Positions 27,577-36,688 are shown, counted from the first letter of the stretch. The stretch is 64,000 bases of DNA from an uncultured Caulobacterales bacterium (GCA_937927825.1 CALFWV010000042.1:9980-73979), one strand, 5' to 3'. Numbers and translations are program-made. The notes: a model not told the origin generated them from the sequence alone.

Positions 27577-30500
27577 GTGCAAGACAAAAATTCAGTTAGG
27601 CCAAAGCCCGCTGCCCGCGAAAAGCGCTGGTTTACCCGCTGGTGGGCTTGGTGCCTGTGGCTGCTACTCACCCTGATTTTGATAGCGTTTACCGTCGGTC
27701 TTTGGGTGTGGACACAGCGTTACGCCTTGATGGAAGATCTGGTGGTTGACGCTTTGGCAGAGTCCGGATTCGATGCGGATTTGGATATTGTTTCCGTTGG
27801 CCGCACCCAAGCCAGAGTTAAAGATATTCGGGTCAGGCAAGGCGGTGAAGAGTTGATACATATTGAGAACCTACAAGCGGATTACATTTGGCCGGATATT
27901 CGCGAGCGAAAACTCAAACGCCTCCAACTTGAAGGCGCGACGGGGCGGCTGCGCCTTGGCGAAGATTGGAAACCGGCGGAGAGCTGGATTCAAAATTTGT
28001 TGAGCGGAGGCATCGATGATGGCGGCGAGAGCGGTGGGTTTCCGGAAAACGGTATACGCCTGACTGACGGCAGACTCATCTTGAGCTCCCCTCTTGGCAA
28101 GGCGACATTATATATCGACGGAGAGGCTCCAACGAAAACGGACTTCACCTCTGAAATTACACTCGCGCCGTCCGATCTGTCCTACGCAGGATATTCCGCA
28201 AAAGGGGCCGGTTTCGTTGCCTTAGAGAAAACAGGCGGAGAACTGCGCATTATCGGGCAAGCCCAAACCGCCGCGCTTTCAAATTCCCGGCTCGACATCA
28301 CCGATGCAGATTTGCAACTGGACGGGACGCTTAATTTGGAAACCCTATCATATGCGGGGAGCGCCTCTCTGGATGGTCAAACTCTGTCGAGCGACCTCTT
28401 TGCGTCAGGGCCGGCACGTTTGGGTTGGGACGGCAAAATTTCTCCGCGCGGTCAAATAAATGCGTCCGGTACATGGAGCGTCTCGGCGCAAAATGCGCGT
28501 TCGCCGCGTCCGGCCCGCGCAGCAGAGGTTGCAGAAACCCTGTCGCTTTTCCCGGCCTTCAGTAAAGTTCCGGTCACGGAACATTACGCCGCGCAAATGC
28601 GGGACACTGTCTTTGATTTTATCATGGGATCGGACGTCGCAGGTCAAGGAAACCTGATCTATGGCCCCGAAGGGTTTACCGTGAGTCCTGTGGGCACCGT
28701 AAACATCAAATCTACACGTAATGCGTTAAGCCTACGGCCACGCATAGGGCAAGATTTCTATGTCTATGATGCAGATCGTAAAAACATTTCCGCTCGCATG
28801 AACGGCGTATTTGACAAACCTGTTGGCCTAACACTGACGGATATTCAGCTCGATGCGGCCTCGGAAAATGGCATTAGCTTAAACGGTATCAAGGCCTTTT
28901 CTGCGCGTGTGACAACGCGGGCGGATTGGCGCACACAAAGTGCGGAGGGGCGGCCCGTCCGCTTGGGTCCGCTAGATGCGTCTTTGCGTTATGACGCTGC
29001 CAAGACGCCCAGACGGCTGAGCGTTACAACGGCGCTGGATTATGATGGAGAGTTACCCGGTGGATCCGTCGAGCGTTTAAATTTGGACGGACGGTTGGAT
29101 GTTCGCCTTTATCAATCACAGCAAGTTTTGGATTTCACGCCAAAACCCGGCACGCGTGTCACACTAAACGCGTTGGAAACGCCGACGAGGTGGCGAGGCG
29201 AGGATATAAGTTTCACCCTTCCGCGCACCCCGAATCTATTCACACGCACCGCCGACTCTTCGGTTTTAGCGGCGACGCTGAGCGAGGCGGATTTCACGCT
29301 TATACATCCTCCAACCGAGACGGCGGCAGAACAGAGATTAGACATTCAATCCGCTGCCATGACATTAAACGGGACGCTATTTCCCAATGCCACGCAAGAT
29401 TGGACCGTTGATTTTACGACTGTCGAGTATGCCAGTGACACATTGCCGGGACCGGGGACAATCGCCACGGCCGAGCAAGCGGTCCTGACCGCAAAACTGG
29501 CGTCTGGACAGCCCCCGCAGATTACATTGGACAGTCCTTCTATTACAGCAGAGACGCCTCTGGTGCGCTTATCCAATATAGGTTTCAGCCTTGGCGGCAC
29601 GCCCGATACTTACAGCGTCCAACATAAGGGCGGCACAATCAATGTCATCGGGTCAGCCTTTGCCCCGACGGCCGCAGCCGCGGGACTTGCGAGCTTCCCG
29701 GCCGATGGAAACATAAATTTCGCAGACGGCACCTTTAGCGGCACCGCCGGTCTTCGCGTTGCAAAGGCCAATAACGCGGCCGTCAATGTTGATTACACCT
29801 ATCGGCGCGGCGCAGGCACAGCCGATATTGATATTCCATCCATCCTATTCACACCAAAAGGTCTGCAACCCCAAGCCCTCATCCCTGCCTTTCGCGGGAA
29901 GGTCGCCCGGGTCGAAGGGGAAGCGAGAGCCAGGCTAAAACTCAGTTTCGCCGATGGCGTCATTACGGACTCCAGTGGAACAGTCCAGCTCGTCGACATG
30001 GCGGTTGGCACCGCGCCCGGTCCGATTGAAGGTCTGAACACGACGTTGCGGTTCGCCTCGCTTTTCCCTGTGCAGACCGATGGGCAGCAAACCCTGACCA
30101 TGAAGAGTTTCAATCCGGGCTTCCCGTTGGAGAACGGCATTGTCGCATTCAATCTCGTTCCCGAGGGTGTGCAGGTCGATACTGCGACTTGGCCGTTTGG
30201 CAAGGGGGCCTTCGCCCTGGACCCATTCACTTGGGTCTATGCGGCAGAAGAAAACCGCGTCACGATGCGGGTGAAGGACATCGCCCTGAGCGATTTTCTA
30301 AATAATTTCGGGAATAAAAAAATCGAAGCCACCGGTAATGTAGTCGGCGTGTTCCCAATTGTCGTTCGCGGTATTGACGTTTTGATTGAAAAAGGCCGGA
30401 TATCTGTGCCGGATGGCGGCGTCATAAAATATGATCCCGGTCCCGGCGTTCCCGCCTATAGCGAAGCCGAAGCCATTAAAGTTCTGCGCGAAAAACGAAC

Positions 30501-30780
30501 GAACGAATATGCCGCGCTGGCGCAGGATGCCTTGCGAGAGTTTCGCTACCGAGAGCTGAGCGCCTCTCTCGACGGGCCGATAAATGGAGACGTTGAAATT
30601 GGTCTGGTTTTTGATGGATCCAACAGCAAGGTTTTAAACCGCCAACCTTTCCGCTTTGACGTCACGGTTAAAGGTGAGCTCTTTAACATTATACGAAGTT
30701 TTAATTCCAATGCGCAGGTTAAATCTGAAATTTTACGCCAGAACGGGAAATTGCCGGAAGGAACCGTAATCGGGCAATAA
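27577..30780 (+). CDS. ydbH: YdbH family AsmA-like intermembrane phospholipid transport protein
   Basis: N-terminal TM, long beta-taco-like sequence, C-terminal FNPGFPLENG, ATGNVVGVFPI, ALREFRYRELSASLDG, RFDVTVKGEL. Confidence 0.85.
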   Translation: MQDKNSVRPKPAAREKRWFTRWWAWCLWLLLTLILIAFTVGLWVWTQRYALMEDLVVDALAESGFDADLDIVSVGRTQARVKDIRVRQGGEELIHIENLQADYIWPDIRERKLKRLQLEGATGRLRLGEDWKPAESWIQNLLSGGIDDGGESGGFPENGIRLTDGRLILSSPLGKATLYIDGEAPTKTDFTSEITLAPSDLSYAGYSAKGAGFVALEKTGGELRIIGQAQTAALSNSRLDITDADLQLDGTLNLETLSYAGSASLDGQTLSSDLFASGPARLGWDGKISPRGQINASGTWSVSAQNARSPRPARAAEVAETLSLFPAFSKVPVTEHYAAQMRDTVFDFIMGSDVAGQGNLIYGPEGFTVSPVGTVNIKSTRNALSLRPRIGQDFYVYDADRKNISARMNGVFDKPVGLTLTDIQLDAASENGISLNGIKAFSARVTTRADWRTQSAEGRPVRLGPLDASLRYDAAKTPRRLSVTTALDYDGELPGGSVERLNLDGRLDVRLYQSQQVLDFTPKPGTRVTLNALETPTRWRGEDISFTLPRTPNLFTRTADSSVLAATLSEADFTLIHPPTETAAEQRLDIQSAAMTLNGTLFPNATQDWTVDFTTVEYASDTLPGPGTIATAEQAVLTAKLASGQPPQITLDSPSITAETPLVRLSNIGFSLGGTPDTYSVQHKGGTINVIGSAFAPTAAAAGLASFPADGNINFADGTFSGTAGLRVAKANNAAVNVDYTYRRGAGTADIDIPSILFTPKGLQPQALIPAFRGKVARVEGEARARLKLSFADGVITDSSGTVQLVDMAVGTAPGPIEGLNTTLRFASLFPVQTDGQQTLTMKSFNPGFPLENGIVAFNLVPEGVQVDTATWPFGKGAFALDPFTWVYAAEENRVTMRVKDIALSDFLNNFGNKKIEATGNVVGVFPIVVRGIDVLIEKGRISVPDGGVIKYDPGPGVPAYSEAEAIKVLREKRTNEYAALAQDALREFRYRELSASLDGPINGDVEIGLVFDGSNSKVLNRQPFRFDVTVKGELFNIIRSFNSNAQVKSEILRQNGKLPEGTVIGQ

Positions 30781-30789
30781 ACACCTTGT

Positions 30790-31476
30790 CTAACCGGGGC
30801 CGGAGCTGTTCGGCGCGCTGGTCCCGATAACATCATCCGCAACGAAGGCATTATCTCTGCGTTCCTGACCAAATGTCCCCATGGGACCATGACCGGGGAC
30901 GAAGCGCATCTCATTCCCGAGCGGCCAGAGTTTTTCGGTAATTGAATTTAATAATTGTTGGTGATTACCCTTTGGGAAATCCGTACGTCCAATGGATCCC
31001 CGAAATAATACATCGCCAACAAAAGCGATTTTCATATCTGCATTGTAAATCACGACGTGGCCGGGCGTATGGCCGGGCGTATGCAGCACATTGAATTTTA
31101 CACCGGACAGTTCGAGCACATCGCCGTCTACAAGATAACGGTCGGGCACGACGGCGCGGCCCATACCGGGGTGCCCATATTGCGCCCATTGGTCGGAGAT
31201 ACCATCCATCCAAAACTGGTCATCTTTATGTGGGCCGATGACTGAAACGCCGAGTGTTTCGCGCAATTCATCCGCGCCGCCCGCATGATCCAAATGTCCA
31301 TGGGTCAGCCACATTTCTTTCAATGTGATGCCCATGTTATCCAGTGTCTCTTTCAAGCGGACCGCTTCCCCGCCCGGGTCTATGAGCACGCCCTCTTTCG
31401 TGTCGACATCATATAGCAAAGAGCAATTTTGCTGAAATGGGGTAACAGGGAGAAGTTTAAGATCGAGGCGGGCCAT
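30790..31476 (-). CDS. MBL-fold metallo-hydrolase (YcbL/GloC, glyoxalase II-like)
   Basis: PVTPFQQNCSL, WLTHGHLDHAGG, HTPGHTPGH, GDVLFRGSIGRTDFP, PGHGP. Start MARLD at 31476. Confidence 0.93.
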   Translation of the reverse strand: MARLDLKLLPVTPFQQNCSLLYDVDTKEGVLIDPGGEAVRLKETLDNMGITLKEMWLTHGHLDHAGGADELRETLGVSVIGPHKDDQFWMDGISDQWAQYGHPGMGRAVVPDRYLVDGDVLELSGVKFNVLHTPGHTPGHVVIYNADMKIAFVGDVLFRGSIGRTDFPKGNHQQLLNSITEKLWPLGNEMRFVPGHGPMGTFGQERRDNAFVADDVIGTSAPNSSGPG

Positions 31477-31550
31477 AAGGTTTATCTGTGTTGGTTCCGG
31501 CGGCGGGTCAAGACCCGGTCTTCCGGGTCCGGATAAGATCATCCGCGTAA

Positions 31551-31594
31551 CTGTGACACATGTTTCATATCGGTGTCACGTTCCTGTCACATCG
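31551..31594 (+). promoter_or_regulatory. Pho box array (four 11-bp-phased repeats)
   Basis: CTGTGAC-ACAT / GTTTCAT-ATCG / GTGTCAC-GTTC / CTGTCAC-ATCG; exact 11-nt period matching the PhoB CTGTCA(T/C) direct repeat. Confidence 0.72.
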
Positions 31595-31624
31595 AAGCTG
31601 CAACACAGAGCTCATATACTCTGA

Positions 31625-31729
31625 TTGCCAAAGTCCTTCTCTTTCCCGGAAGCTGACTTTGTAAACTAGGCCGCTCCGCAAAGACCCCCTTTCCCCTTGG
31701 TTTTGTCTCGCGGAGCGGCCCTTTTTTTT
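31625..31729 (+). ncRNA. Candidate small RNA 1 (two hairpins with CU-rich loops, intrinsic terminator)
   Basis: CAAAGTC/GACTTTG stem with loop TCTTTCCCG; 11-bp GGCCGCTCCGC/GCGGAGCGGCC stem with CCCCCTTTCCCCTT loop, followed by CTTTTTTTT; no credible ORF. The 5' end is approximate. Confidence 0.68.
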
Positions 31730-31809
31730 GGCTCTGCTCAAATATGAACCCTTTGTCATAAACTGGAAAAGGTCCCGACAGGTTAAGGATGTCATTTGTA
31801 ATTCATACG

Positions 31810-31911
31810 GTCCGTTGGCTGCGGTGATACCTCCCCCAACCCAGCACTGACAGCGTAAAGGCGGCCCAGATTGAAAAGACCCGCATTGGCATATCCGATG
31901 TGGGTCTTTTT
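31810..31911 (+). ncRNA. Candidate small RNA 2 (CCUCCCCC loop hairpin plus terminator)
   Basis: GCTGCGGTG/CACTG-A-CAGC stem with loop ATACCTCCCCCAACCCAG, then terminator AAAAGACCCGCATTGG-CATAT-CCGATGTGGGTCTTTTT. The 5' end is approximate. Confidence 0.55.
31874..31911. terminator. Bidirectional intrinsic terminator (candidate sRNA2 and ABC1 kinase gene)
   Basis: 12-bp stem flanked by A4 and T5. Confidence 0.82.
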
Positions 31912-31943
31912 GCATTCAGTCGACCCCAACATAAAATATTATT

Positions 31944-33272
31944 TTACATAGCCAGATGATCCCGGATTAACTGAGCAACATTAATGCGTGCCCGTAATCG
32001 CGTCGCGAGCATATACATCCCGCCCAATTTCCGTTGAAGGAACACAGTTTCCGCCGGAGGCACGTGCCAAAGCTCCCGATTTCCGGCGATTTCCATGCCC
32101 CTATCGCGCAAATCCGTCGCTATTGAATTACTGCCAAAATCAAAATCCTCATCCCGGCTCAGCGGTGCGACTGACATTGCAATCATATCGCTGATAATGT
32201 CGCGCGGTTCGCCGGATATGTCGGCGGGGATGAGGCCCATTTTTGCAATATGGGTCATGATGTTTTCGACATTTCCGGATAGGCAGGTTTCCATCAATTG
32301 GCGATATTCGGCCGATAACCCTTCGCTAATTTCGCGCGTGGCCCCAAAGTCCAACAGTACGATTTGTTCCCTTTCGTCATTATATCGGTAATTTGCGAAA
32401 TTCGGGTCGGTCTGCATGAGCTTAAACTCAAATAATTCACGCAAGGTCAGAGACATGAGCAGATAAACGATGCGGTCTCTCACCTCTTGCGGCGCGTCCA
32501 TCATCGCCTCAATCGGGCGGCTTTCGATATAGGACATGGCCAGCACTTTGTCGGTCGATAGCGCCTCATAATAGTGCGGCACTTGAAAATCATCCTCAGC
32601 CGACAATAAAGCTCCGAAGCGGCAGAGGTAATCCGCCTCGCGAATATAATCCGCTTCCTGGTGAAGCTGGCTGCGTCCTTCTTCAATAATGGGTTTGACG
32701 TTCATTGACGCGGGCACAAGGCCCGATATCTTCAGAAGGGCGGCGACATTTTTGACGTCGCTATCGATGCTCTCACGCACGCCAGGATATTGGACTTTGA
32801 TTGCGACATCGGCGCCATCGGGCAAAATGGCGCGATGAACCTGCCCGATTGACGCGGCTGCAATCGGACGCGTTTGGAAATGTTCAAACCGGGTAAGCCA
32901 ATCCTCGCCCCATTCGGACTTAAGGACTTTGGCCAATTGGGTCGCCGGCATATGTTGCGCGCTGGCCCTTAAGCGCGCGAGAATATCTGCGAGCTCTTTA
33001 GGCAGAAAATCTCCGCTATCCATGGAAATCATCTGACCGATTTTCATCGCCGCGCCGCGCATATTGGAAAGCTGCTGCGTGAGCTTCATGGCATTAGCCG
33101 GCGTCAGGAATAGGTCAGACGCTTTCGGGCGCTTCCCGCTGGCGAATTGCTTTGCGCCGTTCAGAGCCACATTGCCGGCAATACCCGCCGCCATACCGCC
33201 CAATCCCGCAAGCCGGGAGAGCCGCCGGGACGGAACCGCACGCCCGTCATCCTTGCCTGTATGATCACTCAT
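31944..33272 (-). CDS. ABC1/AarF/UbiB family atypical kinase (COQ8/ADCK3-like)
   Basis: MRGAAMKIGQMIS (KxGQ), PIAAASIGQVHRA, VAIKVQYPGV, MQTDPNFANY, LLDFGATRE. Confidence 0.93.
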   Translation of the reverse strand: MSDHTGKDDGRAVPSRRLSRLAGLGGMAAGIAGNVALNGAKQFASGKRPKASDLFLTPANAMKLTQQLSNMRGAAMKIGQMISMDSGDFLPKELADILARLRASAQHMPATQLAKVLKSEWGEDWLTRFEHFQTRPIAAASIGQVHRAILPDGADVAIKVQYPGVRESIDSDVKNVAALLKISGLVPASMNVKPIIEEGRSQLHQEADYIREADYLCRFGALLSAEDDFQVPHYYEALSTDKVLAMSYIESRPIEAMMDAPQEVRDRIVYLLMSLTLRELFEFKLMQTDPNFANYRYNDEREQIVLLDFGATREISEGLSAEYRQLMETCLSGNVENIMTHIAKMGLIPADISGEPRDIISDMIAMSVAPLSRDEDFDFGSNSIATDLRDRGMEIAGNRELWHVPPAETVFLQRKLGGMYMLATRLRARINVAQLIRDHLAM

Positions 33273-33362
33273 GGATCTAACCTCTATGCCGCGCCCAGCA
33301 TAAACTTCCGCGAGCGCTCTTTGTCTACGTCTTAAGCTCCCTCGCAGCTTTATGTGGTGGGA

Positions 33363-34772
33363 TTAAGATGAGTTTTGGGTGATTTCCAGCTCTGTCTGTT
33401 GCGCCTGAAACAAGTCTGCATGTTTCGCAACAAAGGCTTCAAGCGTATCAAAAAATTTGAGAATATCATCGGCCTCATTCGTCGCGTTAATCGTGACGAG
33501 ACGAATAAATGTGTCGAGCCCGAAGGATCCATAGCCCACTAATAACTCGGATTTTTCATAGAGTAACGTGCAGAGTTTTTCAGCCGGAACGTCCTTATAA
33601 TTAAAACAAATTGAGACGGAGTCATCGACGCTATAGTCCGTATAATCAGGATGATTTCGAATATAATCGCGAGCGACATCAGCCAGTGCAAATTGTTTAT
33701 CAACGATAGCCTCAAGTCCCTTTGTCCCGACACTTTTCCAAAGCACCCAGAGTTTCAGCGCGTCATTCCTGCGGCCACATTGCAGCGACATTTTCCCGAG
33801 ATTAAAGTCATCATGATCGGTTTGGTAAAGATAGCTCGCATCATTTGAGAAGGAGTCATAAAGATGCTGTTTATCTTTTACGACAATCAAAGAACAACCC
33901 AGCGGCGTTCCCAGCATTTTATGCGCATTGAGCGTGAACGAATCCACCTCCTCTACGCCGTCAATTAAATGCTTATATTTTTCGCTCAGAATAACGGAGC
34001 CGCAATAGGCCCCGTCAACATGGAGCCAGATATTAAACGCTTTTGCGACGACGCTGGCGGCGCGGATATCATCAAACGCCCCCAAAACAGTTGTTCCCGC
34101 CGTGCAGTTAATCAACACCGGGTGAAGGCCATTTGCAATATCGGTCTCGATTGTTTCGCGTAAAATTGCCGTATCCATACGGCCCTTCGCATCAGTCGCA
34201 ATTTTCCGAACATTGTCTCGGCCAATTCCGGCGAAAGCAGCATTTTTGGGTGTGCTGTAATGGCTTTCGGCAGACGTGTAGACCGTCATGCGGTGATGAA
34301 CGCCTACATGGCGCGTTGTCTCATTATAGGCATCGCGCGCCATGAGCATACCCATGAAATTTGTCATTGATCCGCCGGGGGCCAAAGTGCCATCGGACGC
34401 AGCGTCCCAGCCAATCCTGTCACAAATTTCGCGCAAAACGGCTTTCTCAACACCGATTTGCGGACCTGCGGCCTTATAGGTGTACATGCTGTTATTGAGG
34501 ATAACCGACAACAAATCCCCGAGGATAGCTTTGTCCTGACGCCCGCCAAAAAGTTGATTGAAAAACGCGTTGGTCGCGGTGCGCGGGGTCGTAAAAATGA
34601 GATCTTTGAGAGACGCCTCCAGCTCCGCCGCGGTAATACCGTCCTCTTGAAGTTTGAGGTCAAGACGGTCGTAAAGCTTGGCCGACGGAATATATTCGGC
34701 GACGGGCTGTTCCGCTTCGTCCGCCAATAAGTCCCCCACCAAACGATCAAAAATCTCTAAAGCTTTTTCCAT
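33363..34772 (-). CDS. Group II PLP-dependent decarboxylase (GAD/CSAD/ADC-like)
   Basis: FFNQLFGG, PGGSMTNFMG, SHYSTPKNAA, TAGTTVLGAFD, WLHVDGAYCG, NAHKMLG (PLP lysine), SLQCGRRNDALKLW. Start MEKALE at 34772 (ORF track 34829). Confidence 0.9.
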   Translation of the reverse strand: MEKALEIFDRLVGDLLADEAEQPVAEYIPSAKLYDRLDLKLQEDGITAAELEASLKDLIFTTPRTATNAFFNQLFGGRQDKAILGDLLSVILNNSMYTYKAAGPQIGVEKAVLREICDRIGWDAASDGTLAPGGSMTNFMGMLMARDAYNETTRHVGVHHRMTVYTSAESHYSTPKNAAFAGIGRDNVRKIATDAKGRMDTAILRETIETDIANGLHPVLINCTAGTTVLGAFDDIRAASVVAKAFNIWLHVDGAYCGSVILSEKYKHLIDGVEEVDSFTLNAHKMLGTPLGCSLIVVKDKQHLYDSFSNDASYLYQTDHDDFNLGKMSLQCGRRNDALKLWVLWKSVGTKGLEAIVDKQFALADVARDYIRNHPDYTDYSVDDSVSICFNYKDVPAEKLCTLLYEKSELLVGYGSFGLDTFIRLVTINATNEADDILKFFDTLEAFVAKHADLFQAQQTELEITQNSS

Positions 34773-34797
34773 ATTTGGCGGCGTCCTAACTATCCGG

Positions 34798-35130
34798 TTA
34801 ATCGTCTTGTTTTGAGAGTATCGTTCCATGTCGAGCTTTTGAATAAACGACAGCTCCCTTTAAGAGCAATGCAGCGGCACTCAAAAGACAAAACATCGCA
34901 AGCAGAGTTCCGAAGGCCAGATATAACACCCTCAATAGGGTACGATTTACCGGTTCCGAAAATTTCAAATTCAACCAGAGAAGACATAGTCCGCCGCCCG
35001 CAAAATAAATAAAGCACACGATTTTAGTGAACTGCGGATTTTGACTCGCAACGCTCAAAGGAGATAGATGCCCGAGGGGTCTAAAAACCGACCAGCCGTC
35101 AGTTGTATTCACAAAGACGGGCGGCCACAT
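34798..35130 (-). CDS. Possible small two-TM membrane protein (about 110 aa)
   Basis: ATG 5 nt after the hisS stop; hydrophobic IVCFIYFAGGGLCLLWLNL and VLYLAFGTLLAMFCLLSAAALLLKGAVVY; fills the hisS-decarboxylase gap. Confidence 0.45.
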   Translation of the reverse strand: MWPPVFVNTTDGWSVFRPLGHLSPLSVASQNPQFTKIVCFIYFAGGGLCLLWLNLKFSEPVNRTLLRVLYLAFGTLLAMFCLLSAAALLLKGAVVYSKARHGTILSKQDD

Positions 35131-35135
35131 CCGGC

Positions 35136-36620
35136 TTAACCCGCCAGCATCGCCTTGACCGCCGCAACCCATTTTCCGCGCGAGACGGTTTCTTGGGCGG
35201 GGCGGGAGGACTTCCATTCTTCATTGGATTCAATCGCGGCAGCGGCTTTTGCGCCCTCATATAAATCTTTTAACGTGACCTGACCCGCGTCCATTTCATC
35301 GCTGCCCATGAGGACAGCAACTTGCGCATTGCGGCGGTCGGCATATTTCATCTGTTTCGTGACATTGCCGGACCCGACAAAGACTTCGGCGCGAATACCG
35401 GCTTTGTGAAGTTCGCCCGCAAGTTTGAAATACTCGCCCATCAGGCCTTTATCAAAAGCGCAAATAATCACGGGAGGTTTCACAGAGGATTCCAGCGCGT
35501 CCATCCGCTCCAGCGCGGTGAGGAAACGCGACACGCCAAAGCTAAACCCTGTCGCAGGGACGGCTTGGCCGCGAAAGCGCGAGACCAAATCATCATAGCG
35601 GCCACCGCCGCCAACAGAGCCAATCCGCACGGGACGGCCTTTGCGGTCTTTGATTTCAGTGAGAAGTTCCGCTTCAAAAACAGGGCCGGTATAATAACCA
35701 AGGCCGCGCACAATTGATGTGTCATAGCTGACGCGGTCATTGCCAAATCCAACGGCATTTAAAATCGTGTCAATCTGAATGAGTTCTTTTACCCCGTCCA
35801 GACCGCGTTCCGATGTGCCCATTAACCCTTCAAGGGTGCGGATTGTATCGGCGCGGTTTTCAGTCGAGGCCGTGGTGAAACCGAGGACCGCTTTAATGCC
35901 CGCCGCGCCGAGTTTTGCGCCGTCCGTATAATCGCCGCTCTCGTCTTCGCGTCCCTCGCCGAGCAGGGCTTCCACACCTGCCGCGCCGAGACGATCAAGC
36001 TTATCAATCGCGCGCAAAACTTGCAGGCGTTGTTCTGCCCCCGCTTCCGTATTGGGCACGCCGGAGGATTCCAAAATTCCGTCCAGCAATTTGCGATTAT
36101 TTACGCGGATAGTATATTGCCCGTCGCGCAGGCCCGCCGCACGCATGACCTCTGCCGCCAGCATAATTATTTCCGCATCTGCGGCCGGACCGGCTGCGCC
36201 AACACTATCTGCGTCGCATTGCGTAAATTCGCGGAAACGGCCCGGTCCCGGTTTTTCATTGCGGTACACACTGCCCGCTTGATACCGGCGGTAAGGTTTG
36301 GCGAGAGCATCATAATTTTCAGCAACAAAACGCGCGAGCGGCGCAGTCAAATCATAGCGCAGGCTCATCCATTGTTCGTCATCATCCTGCAGGGCAAAGA
36401 CACCCGTATTTGGCCGATCATCATCGGGCAGGAATTTCCCCAATACATCGGCAAATTCAAAGGCCGGCGTCTGGAGCGGCTCGAATCCGTGCATGTCATA
36501 AACGGAAAACGCCGCCTCAATGAGACGCGCTTCGGCGCGCAGGACATTAGAGCTGCGATCTTCAAATCCGCGCGGACGGCGGGCTTTAGGACGAAAGGGC
36601 TTGTTTTTCTTTTTAGACAT
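35136..36620 (-). CDS. hisS: Histidine--tRNA ligase
   Basis: ARRPRGFED, LRYDLTAPLARF, YRNEKPGPGRFREFTQCDAD, RGLGYYTGPVFE, GGGGRYDDL, GFSFGVSR, KQMKYADRR. Confidence 0.98.
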   Translation of the reverse strand: MSKKKNKPFRPKARRPRGFEDRSSNVLRAEARLIEAAFSVYDMHGFEPLQTPAFEFADVLGKFLPDDDRPNTGVFALQDDDEQWMSLRYDLTAPLARFVAENYDALAKPYRRYQAGSVYRNEKPGPGRFREFTQCDADSVGAAGPAADAEIIMLAAEVMRAAGLRDGQYTIRVNNRKLLDGILESSGVPNTEAGAEQRLQVLRAIDKLDRLGAAGVEALLGEGREDESGDYTDGAKLGAAGIKAVLGFTTASTENRADTIRTLEGLMGTSERGLDGVKELIQIDTILNAVGFGNDRVSYDTSIVRGLGYYTGPVFEAELLTEIKDRKGRPVRIGSVGGGGRYDDLVSRFRGQAVPATGFSFGVSRFLTALERMDALESSVKPPVIICAFDKGLMGEYFKLAGELHKAGIRAEVFVGSGNVTKQMKYADRRNAQVAVLMGSDEMDAGQVTLKDLYEGAKAAAAIESNEEWKSSRPAQETVSRGKWVAAVKAMLAG

Positions 36621-36688
36621 GTCCGCCTCCTAATGCGCTAGGCCGCAAGAGGAAAGACCCCATTGACGCTCACCACTGCCGGGATTGA

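Noticed and set aside
31565-31915. 116-aa minus-strand ORF across the sRNA region
   Set aside because: No RBS or recognisable motif; it crosses two terminators and the Pho boxes, which explain the sequence better.
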